Below are positions 1 to 10,507 of a stretch of 50,755 bases of DNA, piece by piece (position 1 is the first letter of the stretch; each line of letters starts with the position of its first letter). This DNA is from a virus (taxonomy: Duplodnaviria > Heunggongvirae > Uroviricota > Caudoviricetes). The notes under the pieces were generated by a model, which was not told the DNA's origin, made no database searches, and saw only the letters and a list, made by a program, of their open reading frames with translations. Location: the IMG/VR virus record IMGVR_UViG_2908959467_000003, positions 1 to 50,755 of that record; one strand, written 5' to 3'. The translations under genes were made by a program, and so were the position numbers.

Positions 1-1158
1 ATGCTCACCGTTAAGCAGATTGAAGCAGCAAAGCCGAAAGAAAAACCATACCGCCTACTCGATGGTAATGGCCTGTACCTTTATGTCCCTGTATCCGGAA
101 AAAAGGTCTGGCAGCTTCGCTACAAGATTGACGGTAAGGAGAAAATCCTGACCGTCGGAAAATATCCGCTAATGACTTTGCAGGAGGCAAGGGATAAAGC
201 ATGGACCGCGAGGAAAGATATCTCGGTTGGCATCGATCCGGTAAAGGCAAAAAAGGCTTCGTCTAACAACAATTCCTTTAGTGCGATTTACAAGGAATGG
301 TACGAGCACAAGAAGCAAGTCTGGTCAGTAGGCTATGCAACTGAACTTGCAAAAATGTTTGACGACGACATTTTACCTATCATTGGCGGCCTTGAAATTC
401 ATGATATTGAGCCGATGCAACTGCTGGAAGTAATCCGCAGATTTGAAGATCGCGGTGCAATGGAGCGAGCAAATAAAGCCCGCAGAAGATGCGGCGAGGT
501 TTTCCGTTACGCTATTGTCACTGGTAGGGCTAAATATAACCCGGCACCTGACCTTGCTGACGCCATGAAGGGATACCGCAAGAAAAACTTCCCGTTTCTT
601 CCAGCAGACCAGATCCCGGCATTCAACAAAGCACTTGCAACATTTTCAGGAAGTATCGTATCGCTCATTGCGACCAAAGTTTTACGCTACACAGCCCTCA
701 GAACGAAAGAGCTTCGTTCTATGCTATGGAAGAACGTCGATTTTGAAAACAGGATTATCACCATCGACGCCAGTGTGATGAAGGGACGCAAAATTCATGT
801 GGTCCCGATGTCAGACCAGGTGGTTGAACTTCTCACTACGCTAAGCTCCATCACTAAACCAGTATCAGAATTTGTTTTTGCCGGGCGCAACGATAAGAAG
901 AAGCCAATCTGCGAGAACGCGGTGCTACTTGTGATCAAACAAATCGGCTATGAGGGTCTGGAAAGCGGTCACGGATTCAGGCATGAATTCAGCACGATTA
1001 TGAACGAGCACGAATGGCCTTCTGACGCTATTGAAGTGCAACTGGCACATGCCAACGGCGGATCTGTGCGCGGTATTTACAACCATGCTCAGTATCTCGA
1101 TAAGCGCAGAGAAATGATGCAGTGGTGGGCGGATTGGCTTGATGAAAAAACTGAGTGA
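1..1158 (+). CDS. intS: Tyrosine integrase, P4 family (385 aa), IntS-like
   Basis: N-terminal KPYRLLDGNGLYL arm-binding-like region, C-terminal catalytic region (..HGFRHEF..IYNHAQY); recalled similarity to KplE1/CPS-53 IntS. Begins at window position 1. Confidence 0.8.
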   Translation: MLTVKQIEAAKPKEKPYRLLDGNGLYLYVPVSGKKVWQLRYKIDGKEKILTVGKYPLMTLQEARDKAWTARKDISVGIDPVKAKKASSNNNSFSAIYKEWYEHKKQVWSVGYATELAKMFDDDILPIIGGLEIHDIEPMQLLEVIRRFEDRGAMERANKARRRCGEVFRYAIVTGRAKYNPAPDLADAMKGYRKKNFPFLPADQIPAFNKALATFSGSIVSLIATKVLRYTALRTKELRSMLWKNVDFENRIITIDASVMKGRKIHVVPMSDQVVELLTTLSSITKPVSEFVFAGRNDKKKPICENAVLLVIKQIGYEGLESGHGFRHEFSTIMNEHEWPSDAIEVQLAHANGGSVRGIYNHAQYLDKRREMMQWWADWLDEKTE

Positions 1159-1182
1159 CCCACCTTAACAACTATCGAATAG

Positions 1183-1230
1183 CACAAAGCCTTGTAATCA
1201 AGTGCAAGGCTTTGTGTATCCCGTTTTCGC
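1183..1230 (+). terminator. Hairpin terminator downstream of integrase
   Basis: 12-bp inverted repeat CACAAAGCCTTG / CAAGGCTTTGTG (1183..1216) followed by a T-rich tract. Confidence 0.5.
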
Positions 1231-1312
1231 CTAGTTACCACTTCAAAAGTCGATCGGTGGCGATGTCAGTGCTAATATCAGCACAGCAAAAAAGAATGAA
1301 TACGGATGAATA

Positions 1313-3268
1313 ATGAGCTTTCTTTTGAAGACTGACAAAACATTGTCTAAAAATTACCAGCCAGGAGTTGATGGACTCCGTGCTGTTGCCGTCATTTTAG
1401 TTCTTATATTCCATGTAGGGTTCAGTAGTGTTCCAGGAGGGTTTGTTGGCGTTGATGTATTTTTTGTTATTTCTGGTTATCTGATAACTGGAATAATTTT
1501 TAATCAAACTGAGAAGGGAACTTTCAGTTACATTAATTTCATGTTAGCCAGGATAGCAAGACTGTACCCGGCTCTTATAGCAACGCTGATCGCCGTTTTT
1601 GCTGGATGCTTTATTCTGTACTCCCCTTCTGATTTTGTTAGCGTATCTAAATCAGCAATCTATGCTTTGTACTCAGCATCAAATATATTTTTTGCACAAA
1701 GCGTTGGTTATTTCGATACATCATCAGAAATAAATCCATTGTTGCACACATGGTCTCTTGGTGTAGAACAGCAGTTCTATCTTGCATGGCCTCTGATTAT
1801 CGGAGCAGCATATTTAGTAAAAAAGAGCCTTGTGCCATGGGTTCTGGTTATTATTAGTATTGCTTCTCTGGCATCCTCTCAGTGGGCAACTATAAACATG
1901 CAGACTGAAGCGTACTACTGGATGCCGTTCAGGGTTTTTGAGTTGTCTTTCGGCGGACTTGCATTCTTCATTTCTCGATGGATAAAACCATCTGAACTAA
2001 TGAAGGAGTCTATGATGGCTGCGGGACTTGCGATGATAGTATCATCTGCGTTGCTTTACTCATCATCAACTCAGTTCCCTGGTTTGCATGCCATGATTCC
2101 CGTATTGGGTGCCATGCTTTGCATTCTTTCACATGATGCAAAATACGCTGGCTTCGCTGTGAATAACAGGGTCAGCGTTACGATAGGCCTGATATCGTAT
2201 TCAGTTTATCTAATTCACTGGCCTATTATTGTGTTTTACAAATACTGGATATATAGAGAGTTAAATGATATCGAGAAAGCATCATTGATTTTATCTTCGC
2301 TGGCTGTTGGATTCTTAATGTACAACGCAATAGAAAATAAATTCAGAAAGATAAAAATAAATGAGTTTTGCTACAAATCAGTATTGCTTTTATCATTAAC
2401 TATATTGGTTATGATTTCGTATTCATCTTCAATAAAAGACAACGGATTTGCATTTAGAATACAAAATTATAAAGAAAACATGGAAATGCTCAAGCCTGGA
2501 TTTAAAGAATATTTATTCGGAGGCTTTGGGGTTAAGCAAGGTGAAATGGTAGTTCTTGGAGATAAAACCAAAAAGCCATCATTTGTTTTCATGGGTGACA
2601 GTTATGCAAGACAGTATTCATTAGCCATGAGTGAATTTCTTGCAAAGAGAAATCTATCAGCAGCAGCATTTTTCGCTGATGGAGCATATCTATCAAATAG
2701 CGTTTACGTTACAGAAAAAGGGAAGGTTTCTGTATATGGTGTGAAGATAGGAACAAAAGCGATAGATTACTCTAGATATAATAAGATACCACTTGTTTAT
2801 GCACAATCATGGCTTAGGTACATGGGGATGCTATCTGATAAAGATGGTAATGTGTATAAATTCAACGGAGACCATGATTATATGAAATTCAATGCTTCCG
2901 TTATTAACAATATTCAAGAGTACACAAATCAGAAAGTAATTGTTATTGGAAACCACCCGGCAGCAATAGGCTCTGACGGAGGTCTTTCTTGTGTGAGCCG
3001 ACCTTCATATGTTGAAAAGAAATGCATTGATAGTATTTTCAGCACAGAAAGCGGTGATAGGTTAGATAGCAATAATTATTTAAATAAATGGCTATCAGAT
3101 AACGGAAGTATAAAGTTTATAAACCCTTATGATTTCATGTGTAGGAATGGGAGATGTAACCTAGTATCTGACAAAGGTGACGTTATGTATTCTGATGAGT
3201 ATCATCTATCAAGATATGGAGCAAGAAAGGCAATTGAAGGGTTTGGAAATATAATTATCGATATATAA
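1313..3268 (+). CDS. Fused acyltransferase-3 / SGNH-hydrolase membrane protein (651 aa), O-antigen acetyltransferase-like
   Basis: N-terminal multi-TM region with AT3-like motifs (..VDGLRAVAVILV..FFVISGYLITG..), soluble C-terminal domain; AT-rich; sits between int and tailspike where conversion genes are found. Confidence 0.7.
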   Translation: MSFLLKTDKTLSKNYQPGVDGLRAVAVILVLIFHVGFSSVPGGFVGVDVFFVISGYLITGIIFNQTEKGTFSYINFMLARIARLYPALIATLIAVFAGCFILYSPSDFVSVSKSAIYALYSASNIFFAQSVGYFDTSSEINPLLHTWSLGVEQQFYLAWPLIIGAAYLVKKSLVPWVLVIISIASLASSQWATINMQTEAYYWMPFRVFELSFGGLAFFISRWIKPSELMKESMMAAGLAMIVSSALLYSSSTQFPGLHAMIPVLGAMLCILSHDAKYAGFAVNNRVSVTIGLISYSVYLIHWPIIVFYKYWIYRELNDIEKASLILSSLAVGFLMYNAIENKFRKIKINEFCYKSVLLLSLTILVMISYSSSIKDNGFAFRIQNYKENMEMLKPGFKEYLFGGFGVKQGEMVVLGDKTKKPSFVFMGDSYARQYSLAMSEFLAKRNLSAAAFFADGAYLSNSVYVTEKGKVSVYGVKIGTKAIDYSRYNKIPLVYAQSWLRYMGMLSDKDGNVYKFNGDHDYMKFNASVINNIQEYTNQKVIVIGNHPAAIGSDGGLSCVSRPSYVEKKCIDSIFSTESGDRLDSNNYLNKWLSDNGSIKFINPYDFMCRNGRCNLVSDKGDVMYSDEYHLSRYGARKAIEGFGNIIIDI

Positions 3269-3277
3269 TATAAATAA

Positions 3278-3314
3278 TTGTGCGCACTATTTAACTTTTT
3301 CATAGTGCGCACAA
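3278..3314. terminator. Bidirectional hairpin between convergent acyltransferase and tailspike genes
   Basis: 13-bp perfect inverted repeat TTGTGCGCACTAT / ATAGTGCGCACAA with 11-nt loop. Confidence 0.6.
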
Positions 3315-3316
3315 AT

Positions 3317-5473
3317 TTACAGCGTTGGGAAGTTTGTTGATAATGGTACTATTGCATATTCAAGTTTTGTTGGCGGATTATTTGCAGCGCTGTATGTTGA
3401 AAGAGCCTCAAGCACAATATACCCACTCCCGTTGTACCCTGCTTTGAAGCAACTTTGCAGGTTTGCTATGGATGTGTCTCCTGGATTTAACCGCTGATCA
3501 ATGGGTGATTTAAGGTCAGTTGCATCTGCCCTGTCCGTTGCGTCATGCGCACCGGAAGACATGATATAAGTAGCATAATTATTTTTTACACCTCCAGTCA
3601 CTTTTATGTGGAGAAGGTAAAGAGTGCGATCAGATGTAGAACCAGTCAATATCTGTTTATCAAGAGTAATTCGTACCTTTGAGCCATCAGATAACACAGG
3701 TAAAGACTTGCTTAACATTGCTACGCCATTAACAGTATTATCATAACCATTTCCGATATAGTTACCTGAACCTACAAAAGCTGAGTTCATTCGCCAGATA
3801 TCTTCTGCCGTAAATAACCCTGACGTAATGAAGTTACCTGTCCATACGTTTCTGTTTCTTTCTGGTCTTGCATTAAGCACCATTCCAACACCCCCGGCCA
3901 TGAAGTTGCCAGATATAACTGCTCCTGACATATCGGTAGTGTTGATGCATTGGAGTCTTAGGTCTTTGTTAACGCCAGGATCAAGAACCATTTGCATGGT
4001 ATTGCTGTTGATACTAATTCCGGCACACCACATGCCATTAAAACCGTTGTTATTGTTGTTTAACGCCTGTGAAGCGATGAAATTAAATATCCTCTGTTCT
4101 GAAGGATTTGTAGCACCTTTATAGTAGAAAACATTATTAGATATGCTAACAAGTGAGGTGCGCAAGAATATCGCAAAGTCATTTAACGGGTTTTCTTCAA
4201 AATGAAATACGTTGTTCGATATAGAAGATCTGCCACCTAATCCGACGCGAGTGCTGCTATCAAATTGCAATGACATCATCTTAATAGCAGTGTTAACAAA
4301 ACGGTTTGATGTTAAAGATACTTCAAGGCCGCCGGTAAAAGTATCAAATTCACATGCGCATTCCGTATTCCTGTTGAAGAAAAGATTGCCGTTAACATTC
4401 CCACCTACGGTAGCGCCACCAATTTTACCTAAGTCAGAGTTAGCTCCACTCTGCATAAAAACATCAAAGGTGTTATTCGTTACATGGAACATTGACTTGC
4501 GAGGCGTTCCAATGTCGACTGATGCAGTCGTGTTGCCAAGAATCATCAGATATGGATATACCTCACCCTGTTCACCTGACATTCCTGCATCAGAGATATA
4601 CTGATCTGTGTTGTCATCAGTCTTGCAGTAGTTATTATCAACTGAGATATGTACGCTGGTTGGGTCCTGACAGTTAACCATGATGTAGCCAACACCGCAG
4701 TTAAAGCATTGCATATCTTTTATCACCACTCGCGTTGGCAAATTCGCCAGCCCATCAGGGTAATCATTGAAAATTACCTGAGGACGCTGGGTGTGGTATG
4801 CATTTGCGGTGAACTTACCGCCGATAATCTCTACTGATTTTGCGCCAAGCGGATGGAAAATATAATCAATGCCATTGAAGGTAAATTCTCCAGTAGAAGC
4901 ATCGATAATGATGTCTCCTGGGATGGTGACGGGGGCCGTTACATCGTACACACCTGATGCTACAACTCTCGTTTTGTTTGCAACCGCATAATTTACAGCT
5001 GCCTGTAATTTTTCTGACGCATTACTTCCGGGGAATACCTCGGGGACAACCCATTTGATGGCATCCTGTACCGTGCCATATGGCATAATCCCAACAAGAC
5101 CAGCGCCGTCTTGATTAGAAAGCCTAATCTCAAATTGATCAGGGTCGTACTTCAGCACATTAGGGAAATAGAACTGCTGTGATCCATATGCATCGTACAC
5201 AGACATAGAATGACCTTGCACAGTTACAAACTTGGCAATCTGTCCGTTATATACCGGATATCCAGCAGCATTAATGATGATTGGTTGCGAAACAGGAACG
5301 TGAGAGCCATCTTCGTTCTCTACATAAACCTGAATCTGGTTTTCTGGATTTACGGGGTCCGTGTCAATTTTACCGATATAAATTTTGCCATTGGCAACCG
5401 CTTTAAAAGAACGCGCCATAGTGAAAAGTTGCGAAGGCATCGATACGATCACATTGGCTGTAATGTCTGTCAT
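3317..5473 (-). CDS. Tailspike protein (718 aa), P22 gp9-type head-binding domain with divergent receptor-binding domain
   Basis: N-terminus MTDITANVIVSMPSQLFTMARSFKAVANGKIYIGKIDTDPVNP.. matches the recalled P22 tailspike head-binding domain; remainder is G/N-rich beta-helix-like and unlike P22. Confidence 0.85.
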   Translation of the reverse strand: MTDITANVIVSMPSQLFTMARSFKAVANGKIYIGKIDTDPVNPENQIQVYVENEDGSHVPVSQPIIINAAGYPVYNGQIAKFVTVQGHSMSVYDAYGSQQFYFPNVLKYDPDQFEIRLSNQDGAGLVGIMPYGTVQDAIKWVVPEVFPGSNASEKLQAAVNYAVANKTRVVASGVYDVTAPVTIPGDIIIDASTGEFTFNGIDYIFHPLGAKSVEIIGGKFTANAYHTQRPQVIFNDYPDGLANLPTRVVIKDMQCFNCGVGYIMVNCQDPTSVHISVDNNYCKTDDNTDQYISDAGMSGEQGEVYPYLMILGNTTASVDIGTPRKSMFHVTNNTFDVFMQSGANSDLGKIGGATVGGNVNGNLFFNRNTECACEFDTFTGGLEVSLTSNRFVNTAIKMMSLQFDSSTRVGLGGRSSISNNVFHFEENPLNDFAIFLRTSLVSISNNVFYYKGATNPSEQRIFNFIASQALNNNNNGFNGMWCAGISINSNTMQMVLDPGVNKDLRLQCINTTDMSGAVISGNFMAGGVGMVLNARPERNRNVWTGNFITSGLFTAEDIWRMNSAFVGSGNYIGNGYDNTVNGVAMLSKSLPVLSDGSKVRITLDKQILTGSTSDRTLYLLHIKVTGGVKNNYATYIMSSGAHDATDRADATDLKSPIDQRLNPGDTSIANLQSCFKAGYNGSGYIVLEALSTYSAANNPPTKLEYAIVPLSTNFPTL

Positions 5474-5608
5474 TTAATTTGCTCCAGATACAAGGAATCG
5501 CCGCAGCGTGGCTACGGTTGGTGTTTGTTGCATACCGAAACGGTACGATTGTTGATTTGTACAGTAGGTTTTACGATGCCATTCCACCCAACTGGTGAGG
5601 CATCAAGG

Positions 5609-5869
5609 ATGTACAGCAAATACGACGAGGCGCAGTTTCACTTGAGACTTCCGCATGAACTTCACGCGAAAATTAAGCAGCGTGCGAAGATGAATAACAG
5701 GTCGCTGAACTCAGAGATAATTGCAGCGATTGAAGAATCATTGGCTAAACAAAGCTCTGCATCCGGTTACATTGACGATGCAGAGCGTATGGCAGAACAA
5801 CAATCCGATATGGTAAAGAAAATTGTCTTTGATACGCTCAAAGAGCTATATAAAAAAGACAGCAGCTAA
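5609..5869 (+). CDS. mnt: Mnt-like ribbon-helix-helix repressor (86 aa)
   Basis: MYSKYDEAQFHLRLPHELHAKIKQRAKMNNRSLNSEII.. resembles P22 Mnt; ATG at 5609 preceded by GGTGAGG. The longer track ORF from 5210 is an upstream extension. Confidence 0.7.
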   Translation: MYSKYDEAQFHLRLPHELHAKIKQRAKMNNRSLNSEIIAAIEESLAKQSSASGYIDDAERMAEQQSDMVKKIVFDTLKELYKKDSS

Positions 5870-5958
5870 CTATCAGTTACGGAGGATTTATGCAAAGAGA
5901 TATGATGAATATTGCATTCTACATATTTGGTTTTTGCACTTTCCTGGTGTTTGCAAAG

Positions 5959-7956
5959 CTATTCTGACAACGCATCAGACTTAGCCCCCTGCGTCAGAGC
6001 GTTAATGGCCTTTTGCGCCTGCTGCATGGCTTTCTCAAACGCTGTTGATCCGCGTGGGGTATTTGCCATTCGTAGCATTGCATTTCTGAATGGCTCACTC
6101 TCATAGGCGCGAGCAAGAAGTCCGTAGCTTACTGCTGCTCCAGTTGTCGCCGGGTTCATTGCCGTACCATACCCGATAATGAACGGGATGGTTTGCTGCC
6201 CTGTTGGTGTTGTTACTGCCGCTTTTGCAGCCTGCTGCGTGGATTGCAGATAGTTTTTTAATCCTTTCAGATAAGCAGCGTCCTGCCCCTTAAATGTGAT
6301 GCCAGTCTGGTTTTGCAGGATGTTAAGCTGTCGAAGGAACTGGTCAGGGGATCCACCTGATTTCTCCATCGCCTTCCCAATGATGCCATTGCGCATTTGC
6401 GCCCTACCAACACGACCAACTGAGTTATACAGCGTCTTAATTTCCGATTTGTTCTTGCTGAATAGCATGTTGTTGACAACTTCCGGCGTCAGGTCGCCTT
6501 TCATGAGAACATTCTTCAGCCTTGTATTCTTTAATTTCGCCGCTTCGTCAGCGTAGACGGCATTGGCCTGCTGATATTTACGGAGAGTATCGTTGCCAAG
6601 ATTCTGACCAATGGCACCATTGATATCGTCTGTCATCGCCTTGTAAACGCGCTGAATGGCAGCATCGGAACGGTTTGGTAACACTGGTCGTTCCCCCTTC
6701 ACGTCCATTCTGAACTGGCTGCGCAGATCGCTTAATTGCTTCAAATCCAGATTTACCGGACCATCAGGACCAGCATTGCGAACAAGCTCATCACGATAGG
6801 ACTGAAGTTTTGAAATAGTCTCGTTATCAGCAACCTTACCAAGCTTCTGCAGGTTAGATATTTCTGTATCAATCTGCTGAATTGCTCGCGCAGGCTGGAT
6901 ATTGACTCCCGCCATTGCATTCTGAACCTGCTCAAGACGGTTCCCTGCAGCACGACGAATTCCTGATGTTTTCGCTTTAAGGCTGTCAATAACAACAGCT
7001 GGATCATACTCACCGAATTTATCAGAAAATCTCTGCACCAACTGGCTTCTCGCTTCCTGTTGCGTTGCTCTCATTCCGCTTGTGCCAGCCAGGGGGATAT
7101 TTTCCGCTGTCGTCTGCGCCATTTTCCCGACGCGGGAAGTAGGCTGTAACAGGTCTGTGGTGTGCAGAGGAACTCCTTCACGCTCTGCAAATCTGATAGC
7201 CTGCTGCGCTTCTGGCGCAATAGCACCACGAACGCCACGATAAGCAGCACCTAATCCACGCCCGGCAGCGTTAATAGCGCCGCCTGCCAGAACGCCAACA
7301 CCTAAATCGGTAGCGAGGGCTTCCGCATCATCTTTCATACTGTTTGCAGCAAGTGATCCAACTGCGTTTTCTGCGAGAAGGCGAGTTGCCCCCCGAGCAA
7401 TTCGACCAGCAAGTGTTGGTGCCTGTGCTGCCGCTCTCTCAACGCCAGCAGGAGTGAGGTAAGGCAATGCTTCAGCAAACACCCTTCCCTCTGTCGTTTG
7501 TGGAGTGAGCGCGCCTTGCTGAAAGCCAAAGTCCTGCTCTAACCCCTGCGTTGTTACTCGTGGCGCTGGTTGATATGTACCATCGCCAATGCCGAGTTTA
7601 CCGCCAGCCCATGCCGCTGCGCTTGTTACAGCATCGGCAACTGATGCAGGTATGTTTGCCACGTTCACACCAGCCTGCACCAGTCCGCGACCAGTCTCTT
7701 TTACTGCTTCGCCAAGATCAGACATAAATCCACTTTGCTGTGGTTGATGCTGTGCTACTGGTTGTTGTGTCTCCACTGGCTGCACAGATGGCAATGGATA
7801 GGCAGCATAGAAAGCTTGCTTAGCCTGCTCTGCATTTTCTCCGGCTTGCGGGGCCACGACTTCATTGAAGTATTGCTCCTGAGCCTGCGCTTTTTGTTCT
7901 GGTGCTAACGCCTGATACTGTGGAGAGGCGATAACATCTTTCCATGCTTTAGCCAT
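5959..7956 (-). CDS. Ejection/internal protein, P22 gp16-like (665 aa)
   Basis: Position and size in the P22 order after gp20; A/Q/G-rich ejection-protein composition. Confidence 0.75.
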   Translation of the reverse strand: MAKAWKDVIASPQYQALAPEQKAQAQEQYFNEVVAPQAGENAEQAKQAFYAAYPLPSVQPVETQQPVAQHQPQQSGFMSDLGEAVKETGRGLVQAGVNVANIPASVADAVTSAAAWAGGKLGIGDGTYQPAPRVTTQGLEQDFGFQQGALTPQTTEGRVFAEALPYLTPAGVERAAAQAPTLAGRIARGATRLLAENAVGSLAANSMKDDAEALATDLGVGVLAGGAINAAGRGLGAAYRGVRGAIAPEAQQAIRFAEREGVPLHTTDLLQPTSRVGKMAQTTAENIPLAGTSGMRATQQEARSQLVQRFSDKFGEYDPAVVIDSLKAKTSGIRRAAGNRLEQVQNAMAGVNIQPARAIQQIDTEISNLQKLGKVADNETISKLQSYRDELVRNAGPDGPVNLDLKQLSDLRSQFRMDVKGERPVLPNRSDAAIQRVYKAMTDDINGAIGQNLGNDTLRKYQQANAVYADEAAKLKNTRLKNVLMKGDLTPEVVNNMLFSKNKSEIKTLYNSVGRVGRAQMRNGIIGKAMEKSGGSPDQFLRQLNILQNQTGITFKGQDAAYLKGLKNYLQSTQQAAKAAVTTPTGQQTIPFIIGYGTAMNPATTGAAVSYGLLARAYESEPFRNAMLRMANTPRGSTAFEKAMQQAQKAINALTQGAKSDALSE

Positions 7957-9344
7957 TAATCACCCCATAGTGAAGAAAAATTACTGCTGGCTGCTGGTTG
8001 TGATACCTGTGCAGGTTGAGATTGCTGCCGCTGAGATTTACCAACATTAACGTTATATTGTTGGTTGTAATTGTTGGTGTATTCCTGAATCTCACGAATC
8101 GACTGCTGCATAGCCTCCGGGCTTGAATAGTCAACCTGCGGCATCCCCTGAAAATACATCTTCGCTTCTGCAACGGTGTTAATACCACTGGCACCCATGT
8201 CCCTTGCTGCCGCCACACCCTGATTCTGCATTCTGCCCTGAATCCGTTGTGCTGAGTTATATAACTGGCGCTGCTCTTTTCCTGTTAATCTGCTGCGAAC
8301 ATCAGCACCAATTGCTGGATTACCTGCACCGCCTGTCATTCCTGTCATGAAATCGAGAGCAGAAGCGTCTGCATTTGCGATCGCGTCGATATCCTTCTTC
8401 ATGGCATAGTTTTGTGCTGATGCAGACGATGTTGCAGGCGCAGCGATTGAACTGGCAGGGACGCGAACCATATTCCCCTCGTTGTCGATGCCTTCGTAGA
8501 ACGCATTAGCCCCAGCGCCGTGAAGTTTCCCGCCTACCGTTACAGTTCTGCCATCTGATAACTGAACTGTACGCTCATCATTCCCAGCGGTTCCTCTTGT
8601 TGACGCTCGCTGCATTGCCAAATCCTGCCCGCGTCTCGCAGTAGAAGCAGATAAGTCCTGACCGCGCATCGTGATGTTCTGGCCTCGTGCTGTTAGCGCC
8701 TCGCCAGCCTGATTGCTGCGGATTGTCTCTGCCAGCCTGCCTCGGTCAATCTCACGACCTGCCATCTTGTCCTGAACATTGAAGTAATCAATCGGACCAA
8801 GAGCAGCCATCCCAAGGTGATCAACAAACTCACCAAATCCTGAAGGGTTCTGCTGATACATCTGAGCAACGCTGTTAGGGTCAACACCGACGCGAGTCAG
8901 TTCCTTGGCGTTGTTTTGCAGCCATGATTGCATTGCTTCTGGAGACGATGACGCAAGGCGTGCGCCAGCCGCTAAGGTGCCGATAGAATTACGCTGCTCT
9001 TCATCAATGAATCCCATGCCTTTACGAACGGATTCAATCTGGTCTGGATATTGAGTAGCCAACTGACGCAAAGCACCGCGATCACCAGACGCATAAGCAT
9101 TAGCGTATGCCTGCTGAAATTCTTTCTGCCGCTGAGCCTGCTTTTCCTGCTGAAAAACACCCGCAATACCTGAAAGACCTTGCAAGGCCGTCAGTCCAAC
9201 ATTGTTAGCGCCTGAACGCTCAATATCATTGTTCTGCCTGATAAGCTGAAGCGTATTTCCGATGTCATTTACGCTAGGGGCGTTTGAGTTGACGCCACCG
9301 ATACCAGCCAACAATCCGCCATTTGTTCCTTGCCAAGTAGCCAT
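7956..9344 (-). CDS. Ejection/internal protein, P22 gp20-like (462 aa)
   Basis: Synteny between gp7 and gp16 homologues; size matches. Confidence 0.75.
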   Translation of the reverse strand: MATWQGTNGGLLAGIGGVNSNAPSVNDIGNTLQLIRQNNDIERSGANNVGLTALQGLSGIAGVFQQEKQAQRQKEFQQAYANAYASGDRGALRQLATQYPDQIESVRKGMGFIDEEQRNSIGTLAAGARLASSSPEAMQSWLQNNAKELTRVGVDPNSVAQMYQQNPSGFGEFVDHLGMAALGPIDYFNVQDKMAGREIDRGRLAETIRSNQAGEALTARGQNITMRGQDLSASTARRGQDLAMQRASTRGTAGNDERTVQLSDGRTVTVGGKLHGAGANAFYEGIDNEGNMVRVPASSIAAPATSSASAQNYAMKKDIDAIANADASALDFMTGMTGGAGNPAIGADVRSRLTGKEQRQLYNSAQRIQGRMQNQGVAAARDMGASGINTVAEAKMYFQGMPQVDYSSPEAMQQSIREIQEYTNNYNQQYNVNVGKSQRQQSQPAQVSQPAASSNFSSLWGD

Positions 9345-9353
9345 GATTACCCC

Positions 9354-10046
9354 TTAAAACAACGAGCCAAGCAATCCGATACCAGCACCAATGCCAGCGC
9401 CCCAAGGTGTTGATGTTCCCAAAAGGCTGGCAAGACCTGCACCGGCAATCGCACCAGACGTGCCACCGCTAATTGCAGTCTGAAGACTTGATGGTTTATT
9501 GGCATTAGCAGCGGCAAGAGCTGCGCTTTGCTGTGCAATGCTGCTCATGTTGTTGGCGTACGTCTGCCCGGCGTTTGCCTGACCTTGCAGCGCACCAAGC
9601 CCAACGTTTGCCAGATTGTTGTAATTGCTCATCTGGTTTGATAACCAAGACTGACCGAGAGTCGGCGCGATTGTAGCCAGTTGATTGCTTGTGGCTGTCG
9701 AACCAAGTCCACCCGTCGCCTCCGCAGCAGCAAGACTCTGGTAGCGAGCCTGACCTGCAAGGTCTTTATACTGCTGAGAGTTGTAATACTGATTAAGTGC
9801 CTTCCCCTGACCTTCTAAACTGGAAAGATTCTGAAGCTGGTTAACATACTGCTCCGCAAGCGGCGTGAACAGAGCAAGGTTTTTCATGATCGTCTGCCAC
9901 TGCTGATTTTGCAGGTCTGCGGCATACTTCTGGGCTTCTGCTGCATACTTTGCGCTTTTATCAGAGCTACCACCTTTCCCGCCTTTTTCATGGCACCAAG
10001 GTTCCTCGCCGCGCAGTTTTCTGCCCAGCTTAAATGCATATAACAT
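9354..10046 (-). CDS. Ejection protein, P22 gp7-like (230 aa)
   Basis: Synteny and size; G/A-rich C-terminal tail. Confidence 0.75.
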   Translation of the reverse strand: MLYAFKLGRKLRGEEPWCHEKGGKGGSSDKSAKYAAEAQKYAADLQNQQWQTIMKNLALFTPLAEQYVNQLQNLSSLEGQGKALNQYYNSQQYKDLAGQARYQSLAAAEATGGLGSTATSNQLATIAPTLGQSWLSNQMSNYNNLANVGLGALQGQANAGQTYANNMSSIAQQSAALAAANANKPSSLQTAISGGTSGAIAGAGLASLLGTSTPWGAGIGAGIGLLGSLF

Positions 10047-10048
10047 GG

Positions 10049-10507
10049 CTATCTCCCGTGATTCAGGAAGTCGATTAGTTCTTCGCGTGTGGCGCTGTAA
10101 AACGTCACGTCATCCACGCCTTTGAAGTATTTCTTGATGGTTCCTACACGCTTAAGGCCAATCATTGCGCAGTACATCTGACCGTGGCGGAATTTGCGTG
10201 CAGCGAACGATGTTACGCACTGAACGGTGGTGTTAGTCAGAATGTATCGCCAGAACGACAGCCCGATTTCCTTGCTGAAGCCGCGAATCTCTGGCAGGTA
10301 CATGGCGTGGCAATCAAAGGTCAGCGGCTGAATCTCCTGATAGTAAACAATTCCGCCGAACTGCCCGTGCACGTTCACCTCAAAGTAACGGCATTCAGGC
10401 TTGTAGTCGTATCCATCGCCGTTGTTGCTCCCGGCGATAATGTCAGGGTGATTTCCTACTGCTTCGATCAGGTCGATGTTTCGCGTTGGTTTGAAATGAA
10501 TCATCAC
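10049..10507 (-). CDS. Head completion / tail accessory protein, P22 gp14-like (152 aa)
   Basis: Synteny between tail needle and gp7. Confidence 0.7.
   Translation of the reverse strand: MMIHFKPTRNIDLIEAVGNHPDIIAGSNNGDGYDYKPECRYFEVNVHGQFGGIVYYQEIQPLTFDCHAMYLPEIRGFSKEIGLSFWRYILTNTTVQCVTSFAARKFRHGQMYCAMIGLKRVGTIKKYFKGVDDVTFYSATREELIDFLNHGR

Noticed and set aside
3828-4837. Several plus-strand ORFs (98, 130, 61, 62 aa) inside the tailspike gene
   Set aside because: Antisense to a well-supported 718-aa gene with no RBS; typical shadow ORFs.
5210-5869. 219-aa ORF extending the Mnt-like gene upstream into the tailspike
   Set aside because: The upstream part overlaps the tailspike on the opposite strand; the Mnt homology starts at the ATG at 5609, which has its own RBS.
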